Source: Felis catus
Taxonomy: Eukaryota
DNA: 64,000 nucleotides
Assembly (NCBI RefSeq): GCF_018350175.1
Contig: NC_058368.1
Span: 4,216,001-4,280,000 of the forward strand
Reading direction: 5' to 3'
Notes under the pieces: model-generated
The model's database searches: none
Told to the model about the DNA's origin: nothing
Seen by the model: only the letters and a program-made list of their open reading frames with translations
Position numbers and translations under genes: made by a program
Shown here: positions 24,753 to 36,520 of the stretch, piece by piece
Position numbering within the stretch: the stretch's first letter is position 1
Layout: the number at the start of each line of letters is the position of its first letter

Positions 24753-24760
24753 CGCGCGCG
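24705..24760. repeat. Compound (TG)20(CG)8 microsatellite
   Basis: Read directly. Confidence 0.97.
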
Positions 24761-25259
24761 TTTGTGTATGTGTGTGTGGTAAAAGCTGTTATCTCTTCCA
24801 TTCCAGCTCCTGGGTTTCTTGTCATGCCTACAAAAATAACCCCGTATGAAAGTTGCATAAGTATCTCCCTACATTTTTCCATTGCATTTATGGTTTGCTT
24901 GGCTCTTTAGGGGCTCTGAATTTCGGGTGTTTAAAAACTAGCACTTGATTTACGAGGGGTTTTGTCGTTTAAGTTACAATAGAATTGCAAAAGGCCACTG
25001 ATTTCCTATTCCCTCACCAGCACGACCATCTCAATATAGAGGGGCTGAGTAGAATTTACAATGTCTAGTGGAATTGATATTTCTTAAATGTTCACCGCAT
25101 CTAAGGATGTGTCTGTCTAAGATACTGCTATGTTTAAGCCTTTGAATTGCTTTTTTAAAAAAGTAGAACTGGTAATTTGTAAATTATCATGAATCTGTTA
25201 GCTGCAACTTGGAGCTTAGAAGGAAGAGCTAATGAGGATTATTTTTGTTTCTCTTCTAG

Positions 25260-25345
25260 ATTTTATAGGAAGACAAAACTCGTCGGTTTTCAAGACATGG
25301 AGTGTGTACCTTGCGGGGACCCGCCACCCCCTTACGAGCCACACT
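25260..25345 (+). CDS. TNFRSF19: TNFRSF19 coding exon (CRD3): (G)FYRKTKLVGFQDMECVPCGDPPPPYEPH(C)
   Basis: Acceptor ttctcttctAG (25258-25259) and donor T|GTGAGT (25346). 86 nt, phase 2-1. Identical to the recalled human sequence. Confidence 0.97.
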
Positions 25346-26070
25346 GTGAGTGAACTCCAAAGGCTTTTAGAAACCTTTCTATGGTTAGCAAATGGAGCAC
25401 AGTCTTTCTCTACGGTGGGGCTCATAATGCGCATTCTTTTGTCAAGCCTCCAGCAAGATATAAAGTCCTTTTGTTGTGCGCCCCAGTCAGCCAACTGTGT
25501 CCCTTGGTTTGACTCTCAGAGGGAAATACAGACACTTTGCTGCCTCTTGTTTCATTCTAACTCTTATCTTCATTCTGGATATGGAACTCGGGCAACTCCA
25601 ATTAACTAGGTGATCCAAATCCTAATGCGTAAGGTCTTTGCCTTGGCCCCACGAATTCCTGTGTTTTCCCTTCTTAGTCCCCAGGCACTGTCATGTGGCC
25701 ACTTCCCTGCCTTCCCAGAGACATTCCTGTCCATGATTCACCACCCTCATTAATATATCATTAAGTTAAATACTGGCTCCTTTCATTCACTCCTTCATTT
25801 TTCTCATTTCACAGATAAATAGAAAACCCATTGCATGGCAGAAATACAACTATGAATGAGAAATTTTTGCCTTTTCTTCTCTGTATTAACATGGATCTTT
25901 TTCTATCATATTTTCCCCTTTGATATAAAAAATATTTGTTAGCAGTTCTCAGTTTGCATTGATTTTGAATAGGAAGGAGAGTGGCTCCTGGCTTTTCTTA
26001 ATCCCACATACAGATCTGGCCAGTGGAAACTCACAGGTGATGGGCCAGGAAAGAAATCAGCAGATGGGCT

Positions 26071-26095
26071 CCCCCCCCCCCCCCCCCCCCCCCCC
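26071..26095. repeat. C25 homopolymer
   Basis: Read directly. Confidence 0.95.
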
Positions 26096-28217
26096 GGGCG
26101 GGCGGGCTCAAGGCTTGTCTTTGCTGAGCAGGCCTCTAGGGGGTTGTGCTTCCGTGTCCAGGAGGGAGAGGGTGGGAGGTGTTGATCCTGTGTGTAGGTC
26201 GCTCATGCCTTTCTGGGGAGCATTGGTAATAGACATGTATATATTTGGGGTCTCTTTGATGTGTTCTTGCTTCTTCTGTGACAAAAGCACCCTCTGAACT
26301 AACTGAAAGTGACTGTATTACTGATAAGGCCACATAGTGCTTGTGTTTTCAAGAATGTCACGTAATTTGCAATCCATATTATTACGTCCTTTACCGAAAT
26401 GCATTACTTTCTATTCTTTGTTTAATGTAGTAGAAAGGCAAAAAAAAAAGGGGGGGGGGATTCTGAGCTTTACAGAAATGCATATTGGCCCTGTTTTTAT
26501 AATATACAAACATTGGCCAAATAATTCATTGCATTTAACAAATGCAGTTTTGACTGTTATGTTTCAGCCATAATAGGGAAACCGTTGTTTTCCTTAACTT
26601 TCCCGCTGCCCTATCACCAGCCTAAATTTATCGATGAGGACACCAGGTCCAGAAAGAAGAATAATTTTTCATGGTTGGCTGGGAAACAGTGGAGACACAA
26701 TTCAGACCCTAATCTGTCTGTCTAATGTCAAACGTTGTGTCCTTACCACCACACTCTGCTGTCTCCCTAAGAAAAACAAACATGTAATCTACGACATGTT
26801 GACTTTTTGTGTGCTTTAATATTCATCATTTAAACCAAAACTCTAAAAACCTAATGTAGAGGAGATGCTTTATGCTACACAGCCCGTAAAAGGACATGTC
26901 CTCTTGCCAATTAAAACAGGGCGGCGACCTGGTCATGCCTGTGGGTCAGCTCAGCCATCATTTTGCCCAGAAGGCAAATTAAGATCATGTATTTCATCCC
27001 AAAGTACCATTAAAAGATTTAGTAAAGTAACTGCTATTGCCCAGTTTAGAGTTGGAAAGTACTTGGGTTATTTTTTCTCTTTAATTTACTCGGTTTAAAT
27101 TTAATATGATCTGGTCATAAGTCTGAGGCATTGGAATTTTTTGCCTTTGGGAATCTGGCTAAGCTCGGACATCATAAATTAGACTTGCAACATAGTTTTC
27201 ACATTTAACTTCTAATGTGTTGTAAAGTCCTGAGTAAGTTACAATTTGAAGAGAAAGTTAACTGGTTTAATGTATGTGTACAGATCTATTCCTCCATAAA
27301 TGCCACTTTTTAGAAAGCAAGGAAAAACAAGTTATTTTTCTAAGTGGGAAATGCCGTGTGCAAGGTAATAGCCTTCCAAATCATGAAACAATGGTCTGGT
27401 GGTCTTGAGTGAGTGTTAATCCTTATCTCTGTAAAGGAAGGTTTGCTGCCTTTGGCACAGTTCTTGGGAATAATTCCAGGGCGCACACAACTAATCTCCT
27501 CAGAAGAGATCTTGAAGTTTTTTGGGGGGTTTCTGTAAGGTACCTTATGTTTTCGTTTTTTCTACTTTGGGTGTTTCAACTCATCCACAAAGAACTACTT
27601 CTCTGGTGATTTTTTTTTCCTGCTGAAGAGTTCCTGTTTTATTTAGAGTCAGCTGTAAGAAAGTGGCACCACTCAAGCCGCCTCAAATAATGGGGTTTGT
27701 TTTGAGTCTCTACGTGGTAGTGAGAGGCTGGAACTTCCCTGAACTTGGGGCCTGGGGCAGCGCTGGAGTGTGGGAGCTGTCGCCCCCCTGTGGCAGGAGG
27801 CTGTGAGTTCTGCCCTGGGTTCTGGTCAGCACCACCATGGTTTCTCAGCCAGTGGGGACTCTGTTTATGTCTCCTCATTTCCCTCCATGCTTCCAAGGGG
27901 CTGCTTCGGTCTGTACTTTCGGTCTGTACTTTCGGGTCTGTACTGATTGGCCAAGTGAAATACCATTGTCCTGTGAGACAGAGCCTTGTTCATTTAGCTG
28001 TTGAACAAATATCTGAGCGCCCAATGGGAGCCAGGCCCACGATGATGGACCAGTAGACCCCGATTCTTATTGGAGCTTATGGTATAGTGGGAGGAGTTGT
28101 CAACTGACTACCCCACATGCAACAGTATTCACATCCTACCCACATGGCTGCAAAAGTGTGACGGGCCGGTCCTGTGCCTGGAGGGATCTGTGGTGCTCTA
28201 AGAATGTATAGTGGATA

Positions 28218-28449
28218 GGGGCGCCTGGGTGGCGCAGTCGGTTAAGCGTCCGACTTCAGCCAGGTCACGATCTCGCGGTCCGTGAGTTCGAGCCCCGTGT
28301 CAGGCTCTGGGCTGATGGCTCAGAGCCTGGAGCCTGTTTCCCATTCTGTGTCTCCCTCTCTCTCTGCCCCTCCCCCGTTCATGCTCTGTCTCTCTCTGTC
28401 CCAAAAATAAATAAACGTTGAAAAAAAAAATTAAAAAAAAAAAAAAAAA
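28218..28449 (+). mobile_element. Young CanSINE
   Basis: Near-consensus body, long A tail; 18-bp TSD with 2 mismatches (28200-28217, 28448-28465). Confidence 0.95.
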
Positions 28450-29544
28450 GAATGTGTAGCGGATAATGATGTAGGAACATTAGGGACGACTTTACAGAGC
28501 TATGACTTTCAAGCTGTGATCTAAAGGGTCGGTTAGAGGAGGATGAGCCAGGGAAGTCAGAAGAAACCAGGAGAGTATGTAGAGTCCCGCAGCCATTGGA
28601 TGCTGTGTGCGAGTCGAGTCGGTTGACACTGGAAATGACCCTGGAGGTCTGTGGTGACATCGACATCACCGTCTTAGTGAGTAATGGAGATGCAACCAGG
28701 TGATAATGAAACGAGGGGAGGAGTCGAGACAGTTCTGGACAACTGTGCAGAGGTTTGCCTGCGAAGGTGACACGGGAGTGTGCCGCCAGTGAAGGGTTCT
28801 GTTTAATTTTGTTCCTTAGGTGAGCAACACATTTGCTTGTTTGCAGGTTGAAGGGAAAGGTTGAGAGAGGTTGACTATTTTATATGAGAAAAGACTGGAA
28901 TGAGCAGTCGCATAAGGGCTGCTGGAAGAGGACCCTGAAGCATAATGGTTGGGTTGGCCCTCTCTGGAAGGAGGGAGTGCTCCCTGCTCTAACGAGAGAA
29001 GAGGGGAGCGGGGGCAGTGACCATGGACTTCTGCCTTCGGTGGCAGGAGGTGGGGGGCGGGGGCTCATAGACTTGGCTTCTGTGTGTGTGAAGTAGGAGG
29101 CACTGTTTCCTGCCAAGTCAGGCAGGAGCCAGGGAACTCAGAGGCTGGAAAAGCACAGGTCTTTGAAGTTCTCATTACGGAGTGTGGGAGGGAAGTCGAT
29201 CGGAGAAAACAGTGGCTTTCCCGGTGGCACCAAGAGTCCAGATGAAGTTCGCGGTCATAGCAGGGCATTGTTTGCTTCTCCCGTGACGTCTGTAGATGCT
29301 TCTGCTACAGGGGTGACTCAGGCCACCTCTGAAGGTGCCCCAGAACATACGTAAGTGGTGCCCTAAATGTGCAGCTTATAGCAAGCTACAAATAAGTCTT
29401 GAAAATACAGTCCATATTAGTAACACAAGAGTACTTTGAAATAAATGTTAAGTACATTTTCTTATATTGATGTAATACCTGAAGCATACCAAAGTAACGA
29501 CTTAACAGAAACGCAAGACTGAAAACTTCCCACGTTTCTGTCAA

Positions 29545-30830
29545 CCACGTTTTCTTTATTCATCCATCAGTGGACACTTAAGTTGTTTCCTGTCTTGGCT
29601 ATCATAAATAATGCTGCAGCGAACATGGGGTGCAGATATCTTTTTGACTTGGTGTTTTCATTTTCTTCAGATAAATACCCAGAAGTGGAATTGCTCAGTC
29701 GTATGGTAGTCCTATTTTTAATTTTTTTTTTTTTTCGGAACCTCCATACTATTTTCTACAAACTGGCTGCACCAGTTTGCATTCCCACCAACAGTGCCAA
29801 GGGTTCCCCTTTCTCCACATCCTTGCCAACATTTGTTATTTTTTGTCTGATAGTAGCCATTCTAACAAGTGTGAGGTGATATCTCATTGTGATTTTGATG
29901 ATGAGTGATGTTGAGTTCGTGTACCTGTTCATGAGTGATGATGAGTTCATGTACCTGTTGGCCATCTGTATGTCTTCTTTGGAAAAGGTCTATTTAGACC
30001 CCTTGCCCATCTTTTAATCAGATTTCCTTTTGCTATTGAGTTCTGTGAGTTCTTTATATATGTTGTATATTAACCCCTTGGGATATATGATGTTTCTATC
30101 TTCTCCCATTCAGTAGGTTGCTTGTTCACTTTGTCGATGGTTTCCTTTGGTGTGCAGAAATTTTTTAGTTTGATGTAGACCCACTCGTTTATTTCTGCTT
30201 TTGTTGCCGTTGCTTTCGGTGTCAGATCCCAAAAATCATCACCAAGAACTGATGTCAAGGAGTTTACTGCCTCTTTTCTTTTCTAGGAATTTTATGGATT
30301 CAGGTCTTACATTTAAGTTTTTCATCCATTTTGAGTTAATTTTTGTATATGGTGTTAGAAAGTGGTTCAGTTTCACTCTTCTGCATGTGGCTGTCCACTT
30401 TTCCCCAACACCATTTATTGAAGAGATTGTCCTTTCCTCATTGTATATTTATTGTATACAATTGTATACAATACATTGTATATTTCCTGTGTCATAAATT
30501 AATTGACCCCCTATCTGTGGATTTATTTCTGCGTTCTCTATTCTGTCCCATTGATCTGTTTTTATGCCAATACCATACTGTTTTGATTACTATAGCTTTG
30601 TGATATAGTTTGAAATTAGGAAGCATGTTACCTCCAGCTTTGTCCTTTTTTTCTCAAGATTGCTTTGGCTGTTCAGGTCTTTATGGTTCCGTACACATTT
30701 TAGGAAGGTTTGTTCCATTTCTGTGAAAAATGCCATTCAAATGTTGATAGGAGCTGCATTGAATCTGTGCATTGCTTTGAGTACTATGGGCATTTTAACA
30801 TTAATTCTTCCAGTATGTGAGCACGGAATA
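29545..30830 (-). mobile_element. L1 ORF2 3' fragment
   Basis: Peptides ITMRYHLTLVRMA...VGKDVEKGEP and LTPKATATKAEINEWVYIKLKNFCT are degraded L1 ORF2p. Confidence 0.9.
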
Positions 30831-32249
30831 CCTCATGCAGATTTTCGATAGAACTAAATTAAATCAGATCCAGAAACATACCTGCCACAGAGTTAGCTCA
30901 GTAATGACCGTTTACCTGCCGGCCTGCTCTAAGTGATGACCGCACCTGCCGTACATCTCCCGCCGTCCCACCCCAGCCCACGTGTGCTCCTTGGAGCATA
31001 TGGAGGTTGGGAGTTGTCCCACATGGGGAGGATCTCAGGGTGCAGCTGGCTTTGATTGTTGTCTTGCTGTCTTCCACCCCCACTGGCAGGGGAGCAACAA
31101 AGGATACCCAGAAAGGGGCTGCGGTGGATTTTGTGTTTGATGACTGGAATGGCTAGACTACCAGGCTGCGGCAACCCTACATAGGCTGGTCTCTTTCCTC
31201 TCCGTCCCCGCTGCCCAAGGCCCCGAACCACCTGCCTGACCAGCGTGAGCTAATTTCAGCTTCCCTCCCCTCAAGCTAATACTGATGGATGTGTGAAGGC
31301 AATTGATTAGTCCACTGGTCACCTCTTTGTCAGCTCACCAATAGCATTGATTTGTGACAAGGAGCACAGGGTTGATTGGTGACATCAGTGTAAATTGCAG
31401 ATCAATAAAAGGCACCATTTACATAAAAGTCCCTGCTTGGGGCTTTGTTCCTCATTGCTTTTATCTTCACTTCCTAAAAATATGCACCCATTCAGGGCAT
31501 TAAGGAGAAATGGCAGGCGGGGGGAACACACAAGAAATTTTAGAAGAACTACATCCTGCCCTGGGTCTGATAAGAAATGCAGATTTTGTATGATTTCTTT
31601 GAGCAATGTTTACTTAATTTGGAACAAACACTGTGGTTGGAACAAATGGTTTTGAAAAAATTCAAAGCGGTTTTTCATCCAGCGCAGCTTTATTTAAGTG
31701 TGTTTAACCTAGATGTTTGCTTTGTTCTTGGGGGCTTTGTAAAACAAGCACGTGATTCCAAAGAGATAAGTGACCAGATAAGTCTCTGTGTGGGGGAAAG
31801 AGAGAAAAGAGGGAGCTATGCTGACCTGCAACTATTTAGGAGTTTTACGTGGCTTACCCGTCTCTAAACACAGCAGGTCTCTGTACCAATACGTAATAAA
31901 TGGCAGCCTTAAAAAATGATTATTTTTCAAAAGAAACTTAAGATACCTTCCAAATTAACAGAAAGGTAACATCGAAATAACCTTTTAAAAGAAATACTTG
32001 CTCCTTAAAGATAACTTTTAACGATTAGTAGAAAACAAGAAGGGAGAATACCATAAGCAAAGCATTTCCCGCATTAGCGCATGCATACAAAACAAAAGCC
32101 AGCATCTGGGTGGTTTTCTCTCATCCTTTTTTGATCTTTACCACTGATATTTGAAAATTCGATGTCATTATGGTGTTCATACTGCTTTGCCTTTTTCTAC
32201 TTACGCTATAATTTTTTTTCATATACTATCTAAGCATTATTTTAATGAC

Positions 32250-32463
32250 ATTTTTTTAAACGTTTATTTATTATTAAGAGACAGAGAGAGACAGAGCGTG
32301 AGCAGGGGAGGGGCAGAGAGAGAGGGAGACACAGAATCCGAAGCAGGTTCCAGGCTCCGAGCTGTCGGCACAGAGCCCGGCGCGGGGCTTGAACCCACGA
32401 ACCGTGAGATCACGACCCGAGCCGACGTCGGACGCTTAACCGACTGAGCCACCCAGGTGCCCC
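32250..32463 (-). mobile_element. CanSINE
   Basis: Full body. Confidence 0.92.
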
Positions 32464-32729
32464 AGTTTTAGTGGCATTATTGATTAAAGTACCATTTGGG
32501 TATTTGGGCTACAGTTGGATTGTAAGGCTGCTGTGTTACGCGCATCGTTGCTGTTCACATCGCTGTGCAGGAAGCAGTCTTTCCCCACGATCGCACTGCG
32601 GATGGGTGCCCACAGCTTCTGGGTCCAAAGGTATTCATGTGCAACTATCGTGAGGTTCTTCTAAAGGTAGGGTGCCTGGGAAAAGCGTCTTTTAAAGAAA
32701 CCAGAAACAAGTTTAAAAGGAAGTAAGTT

Positions 32730-32978
32730 GGGGCGCCTGGGTGGCGCAGTCGGTTAAGCCTCCGACTTCAGCCAGGTCACGATCTCGCGGTCCATGAGTT
32801 CGAGCCCCGCGTCGGGCTCTGGGCTGATGGCTCAGAGCCTGGAGCCTGTTTCCGATTCTGTGTCTCCCTCTCTCTCTGCCCCTCCCCCGTTCATGCTCTG
32901 TCTCTCTCTGTCCCAAAAATAAATAAACGTTGAAAAAAATAAATAAATAAATGAATGAATGAATGAATGAATGAATGA
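32730..32978 (+). mobile_element. Young CanSINE with (AAAT)n(GAAT)n tail
   Basis: Full body; TSD aagtaagttg. Confidence 0.94.
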
Positions 32979-33937
32979 AAGTAAGTTGCAAGTGTTTTGG
33001 AATCCGTGCCAATACGATGCGTCTTCAGGCTTTCTCTGAAAGGGGAGGGGGCAGAGGAAGAGACCTTGGCGTTCGGTGAATCGCAAGCAGACTTCAGCTT
33101 TTTTTCTGGACGTTTTCGGCACATAAACTGCTGAGGTTAAAAGCCCAGTTCCTGGCATGCACGGTCTAAAATAGTAGCGGCTAAAGGTTGCTTGTGTGGA
33201 GACCCAAGAAACAGAAATCAGCCAGCGTCCCTGCAGAATCCCCGCACAGCAGAGCACCTTTCCAGCCCTTCCGTGGAATCCACCCATTGTTTTTTTTTTT
33301 GTCCTAAGCATTGCTGTGCCAAGTGAAGCAGCCCCAGGGGAGGGAGGAGGGGCGGGAAGGATCTAGCAGAGTCAGAGAAGGAGAAGGCAGCAGCAGAGGG
33401 GCAGCCTGCGGTCCAGCGGGGAGGAGTCCCAAACATGCACAAAGCAGCCACAGGAGCTCCGAACCAGCTGAGATGTTGTGCCATTTAGTGCAGCGCAAAC
33501 AGACCTACGCGTCCCAGTGCCGGACCCCTGAGGGTCCTGCTAATACCACTCCTGCTAGCCGTAGCTCTCCCTCTTCTTCCTGGGCCCCGAAAAAGAGGTC
33601 GGGAGATGATCCACTTGTATTTGTTGAAATGTTTTTAAGAAAGCAGAAACCCACTGTAATGGTTTTAGACGGATTTCCTTAGAAAATGATGAATCCTTTG
33701 TGAAGCTCATTTGCTTACGGGGTGAACAACGGGCGTCTGCAAATAGGTTGAAAATGGGCTAGAGCAAACTTCTCCTTTTCCAGGGACGTTGGAAAAATAG
33801 CTGGAGAGTCTAAATGGGTTGGCCTCGTTAGAGGAAAAGTGTGCTATAAATGCTACCGCTTTGTATGATCAGGTAGCTATTTCAAATATTTGTCTTAGCC
33901 CTAGCCTCATGCAAGTTATAGAAATCAAGACTTCTTC

Positions 33938-34135
33938 AGGGGCGCCTGGGTGGCTCCGTCAGTTAAGCATCTGACTTTGGACTGCAGCTCAGGTCACAAT
34001 CTCCTGGTTCATGAGATAGAGCCCCACGGTGCTGGGCTCTGAGCTGACAGCACGGAGCCTGCTTGGGACTTTCTCTCTCTCTGTCTCTCTCTCTCTGTCT
34101 CTCTCTCTCTGTCTCTCCCCCGCTCGCGGTCTCTC
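33938..34135 (+). mobile_element. Diverged CanSINE lacking an A tail
   Basis: ggggcgcctgggtggct head and (CT)n tract. Confidence 0.85.
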
Positions 34136-36074
34136 TGGGGAAGTGCCTGTTTGCCTGTGACATCTGGGAGGCAGGGGTGTCCTGAGCTGGAGATACAAAA
34201 GGAACCCACAGGCTTTGATCCCGGTGGCTGTTGATTATTACCCAGTCAGCTATAAGTCGGACTTCTCTGCCCTTTATCTGCAGTCTCTTTGAAACATTTA
34301 AAGTCAGTGAGCCGGTTTAAATATTTACTCATGAAGAAACAGGTTGTGGTTTGTTAAAGGCCATCACTAAATTAAATGAATGTTAGATTAAGTACAGTTT
34401 ATTTAAAAAATATAAAATCCAACAGGCCTGTTTCATGAAGTTGTGGACTTTTGTAAATGGAACAGTGATTTGTGTGTGTGCCCATTAAATGCTTAGCATC
34501 TAAATAAACGTGGAGAAAACATTCCAGCAGTTTGTGCCACACCTGCAGTGGAGATCCTCAGCGTTTAAACTTAGAAAAGCTTCCCCTTCCTACAGGGGAA
34601 GGGATTATTTTCAGGATGTAGTATGGAAGGGCTCACCTTGTGCCAGGAGACCAGGGTTTGGTCCCCTGTGGGCTCACATTCCAGAAGGGACTGGAATATG
34701 TCACCTTCACCAACGGATGGAGATCCTTTTTTCTCTTTAAACAAGGGTGAATGCCTCTGGCCACTTCCTCCATCAGCTGGAAGGGGATTTAGTTTGAGGC
34801 ACATCATTTTGAGGAGGGAAAAGAGAATCACCAGGAGGGTTGAAAATAGCAAAGCCTGAATTCTGAAGGGGACCAGACATTTCACCTGCCTTTCCCAGCC
34901 TGAGCTTGCACTACTTCTCGGTGCTTCTCCAGTGCCTTCCCTTCACAGCCAGGCATCAGGCACAGAGAAAAGGAGCCAGGATCCGATCCCAGGTCGGCCT
35001 GACGGCATAGACCTGCAAGCTGTATATTCGCCTCTCCAAGCGAACTCGGAAGGACCTCTCTCGTGCCTATAAGAGAGCTTAAAAATAGTCGTTAAATTAA
35101 GACACAATTGTGAAACTATAAATGAAATGTAATCGAGTCGCTCTACTGGAAGAAAAAGCGTAAAATCACTCCAATTTGGAAAAGGTGGTCGAAAGTAAAA
35201 ATTGAAAGGCTGAAGTCCTGTGTCAAATAGGAATTAGGGTTTTTCAAGATAATATCCCACTTTGGGGGCTTAAAACATTACTTTGACTGCTTTTTAAAAT
35301 TATCTTGATGATCTCAGAGAAATTGTTTTAAGTTTTCATGGAAGTCTTATCTATGTTATTAATCATGTAGCCATTTTCTTAAATATTCAAGAAATATCTT
35401 TCCTTGATACGTACACAGTTATAATTAAAGGGAGGACAGTGCCTCTTCTTTTTAACTGCTACAAAATAATTTTTTAACTTAATTGAAATGTAATTGGCCT
35501 GCAAGCAAATGCACATAATTCGGTGAGTTTTGACAGATGTATATGCCCGTGTAATCATCTCCCTAATAAAGATGTAAAACGTTGCACCCTTTCTCTCAGA
35601 AGGGAAGTGCTGTTAACTGACAACTTTGGTGGAGTAGCCTCAGAAGGGTTCTTTTTATCTTACTTACCAGCTGCCTTGAAGATACGGTTTGGGCATCTTT
35701 TTGTTCTCTTGCATTTTCAAAAATTTATGCACGTATATATTAGTGTTTTCTGACCATGTTTAACGTTTCTACCATGAGACCCAAGCGTTATGGCATGAAA
35801 CGTTGCATTTTGTCTTTAAATGAGCAAAATCTATCAGACTTGAAAATGTCCTTGAAAATTAATCATTTTTGGAAAGCTTTCCAGTGGTCACAGGAGGCAT
35901 GCTTTTCTTTAAAATGAAAAAAAAATCAATACTTTTTGGTGTTGGGCTCTTGAACTCAGGAAGCGTGTCGGGGAAGACTTTTTGAGTGCCTGATGTAGTA
36001 TGGATACAGCGGAATCATCCTCAGGGCATCTCTGTGATGTCGCGAATGACCTGTAGATCAGTCTGCCCTCTCGT

Positions 36075-36520
36075 TCATTGGCAAATATGTTGAATGCCTT
36101 CCCTGAGCACTGACGTGGGTACCGGGGACCCCACAGTGAAAAACAGATGAAATTCTCAGTCCCCAAGCAGTTGGCATTCTAACGCTCCAGAGAAGGGGTA
36201 TCATTTAAAATAAGGTGGCCAGGGAGAGGCCCGTGTAGAGTGATCCTAGGACAGAGCCCTGAAGGAGAGGAGGAGAGAGTGAGCTGGGGGCTGCGATTTG
36301 GGGCAAAGCCAGCAACCCACTTAGCAGAGGCTGGAGCCCAGTGAATGGGACGGATGGGCCTGGGGAGAGGGCGTGGGCCAAGTAGAGCTGGTAGGCCATT
36401 GTGGAGACCCCAGTGTCACCACAGGAATGACACGACCTGACTTGACTTAAAAAGCCCTTCTGGTTGTGGTTCAGACTAGACTTCAGGGGGGCAAGGGAAG
36501 AGAGGAGACTAGTGGCACAC
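36075..36520 (-). mobile_element. L2 3' fragment (a similar fragment at ~53400-53830)
   Basis: cattggcaaatatgttgaatgcct..., tttaaaataaggtggccagggagaggcc, ggttgtggttcagactagacttcaggggggcaagg resemble antisense L2. Confidence 0.55.
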
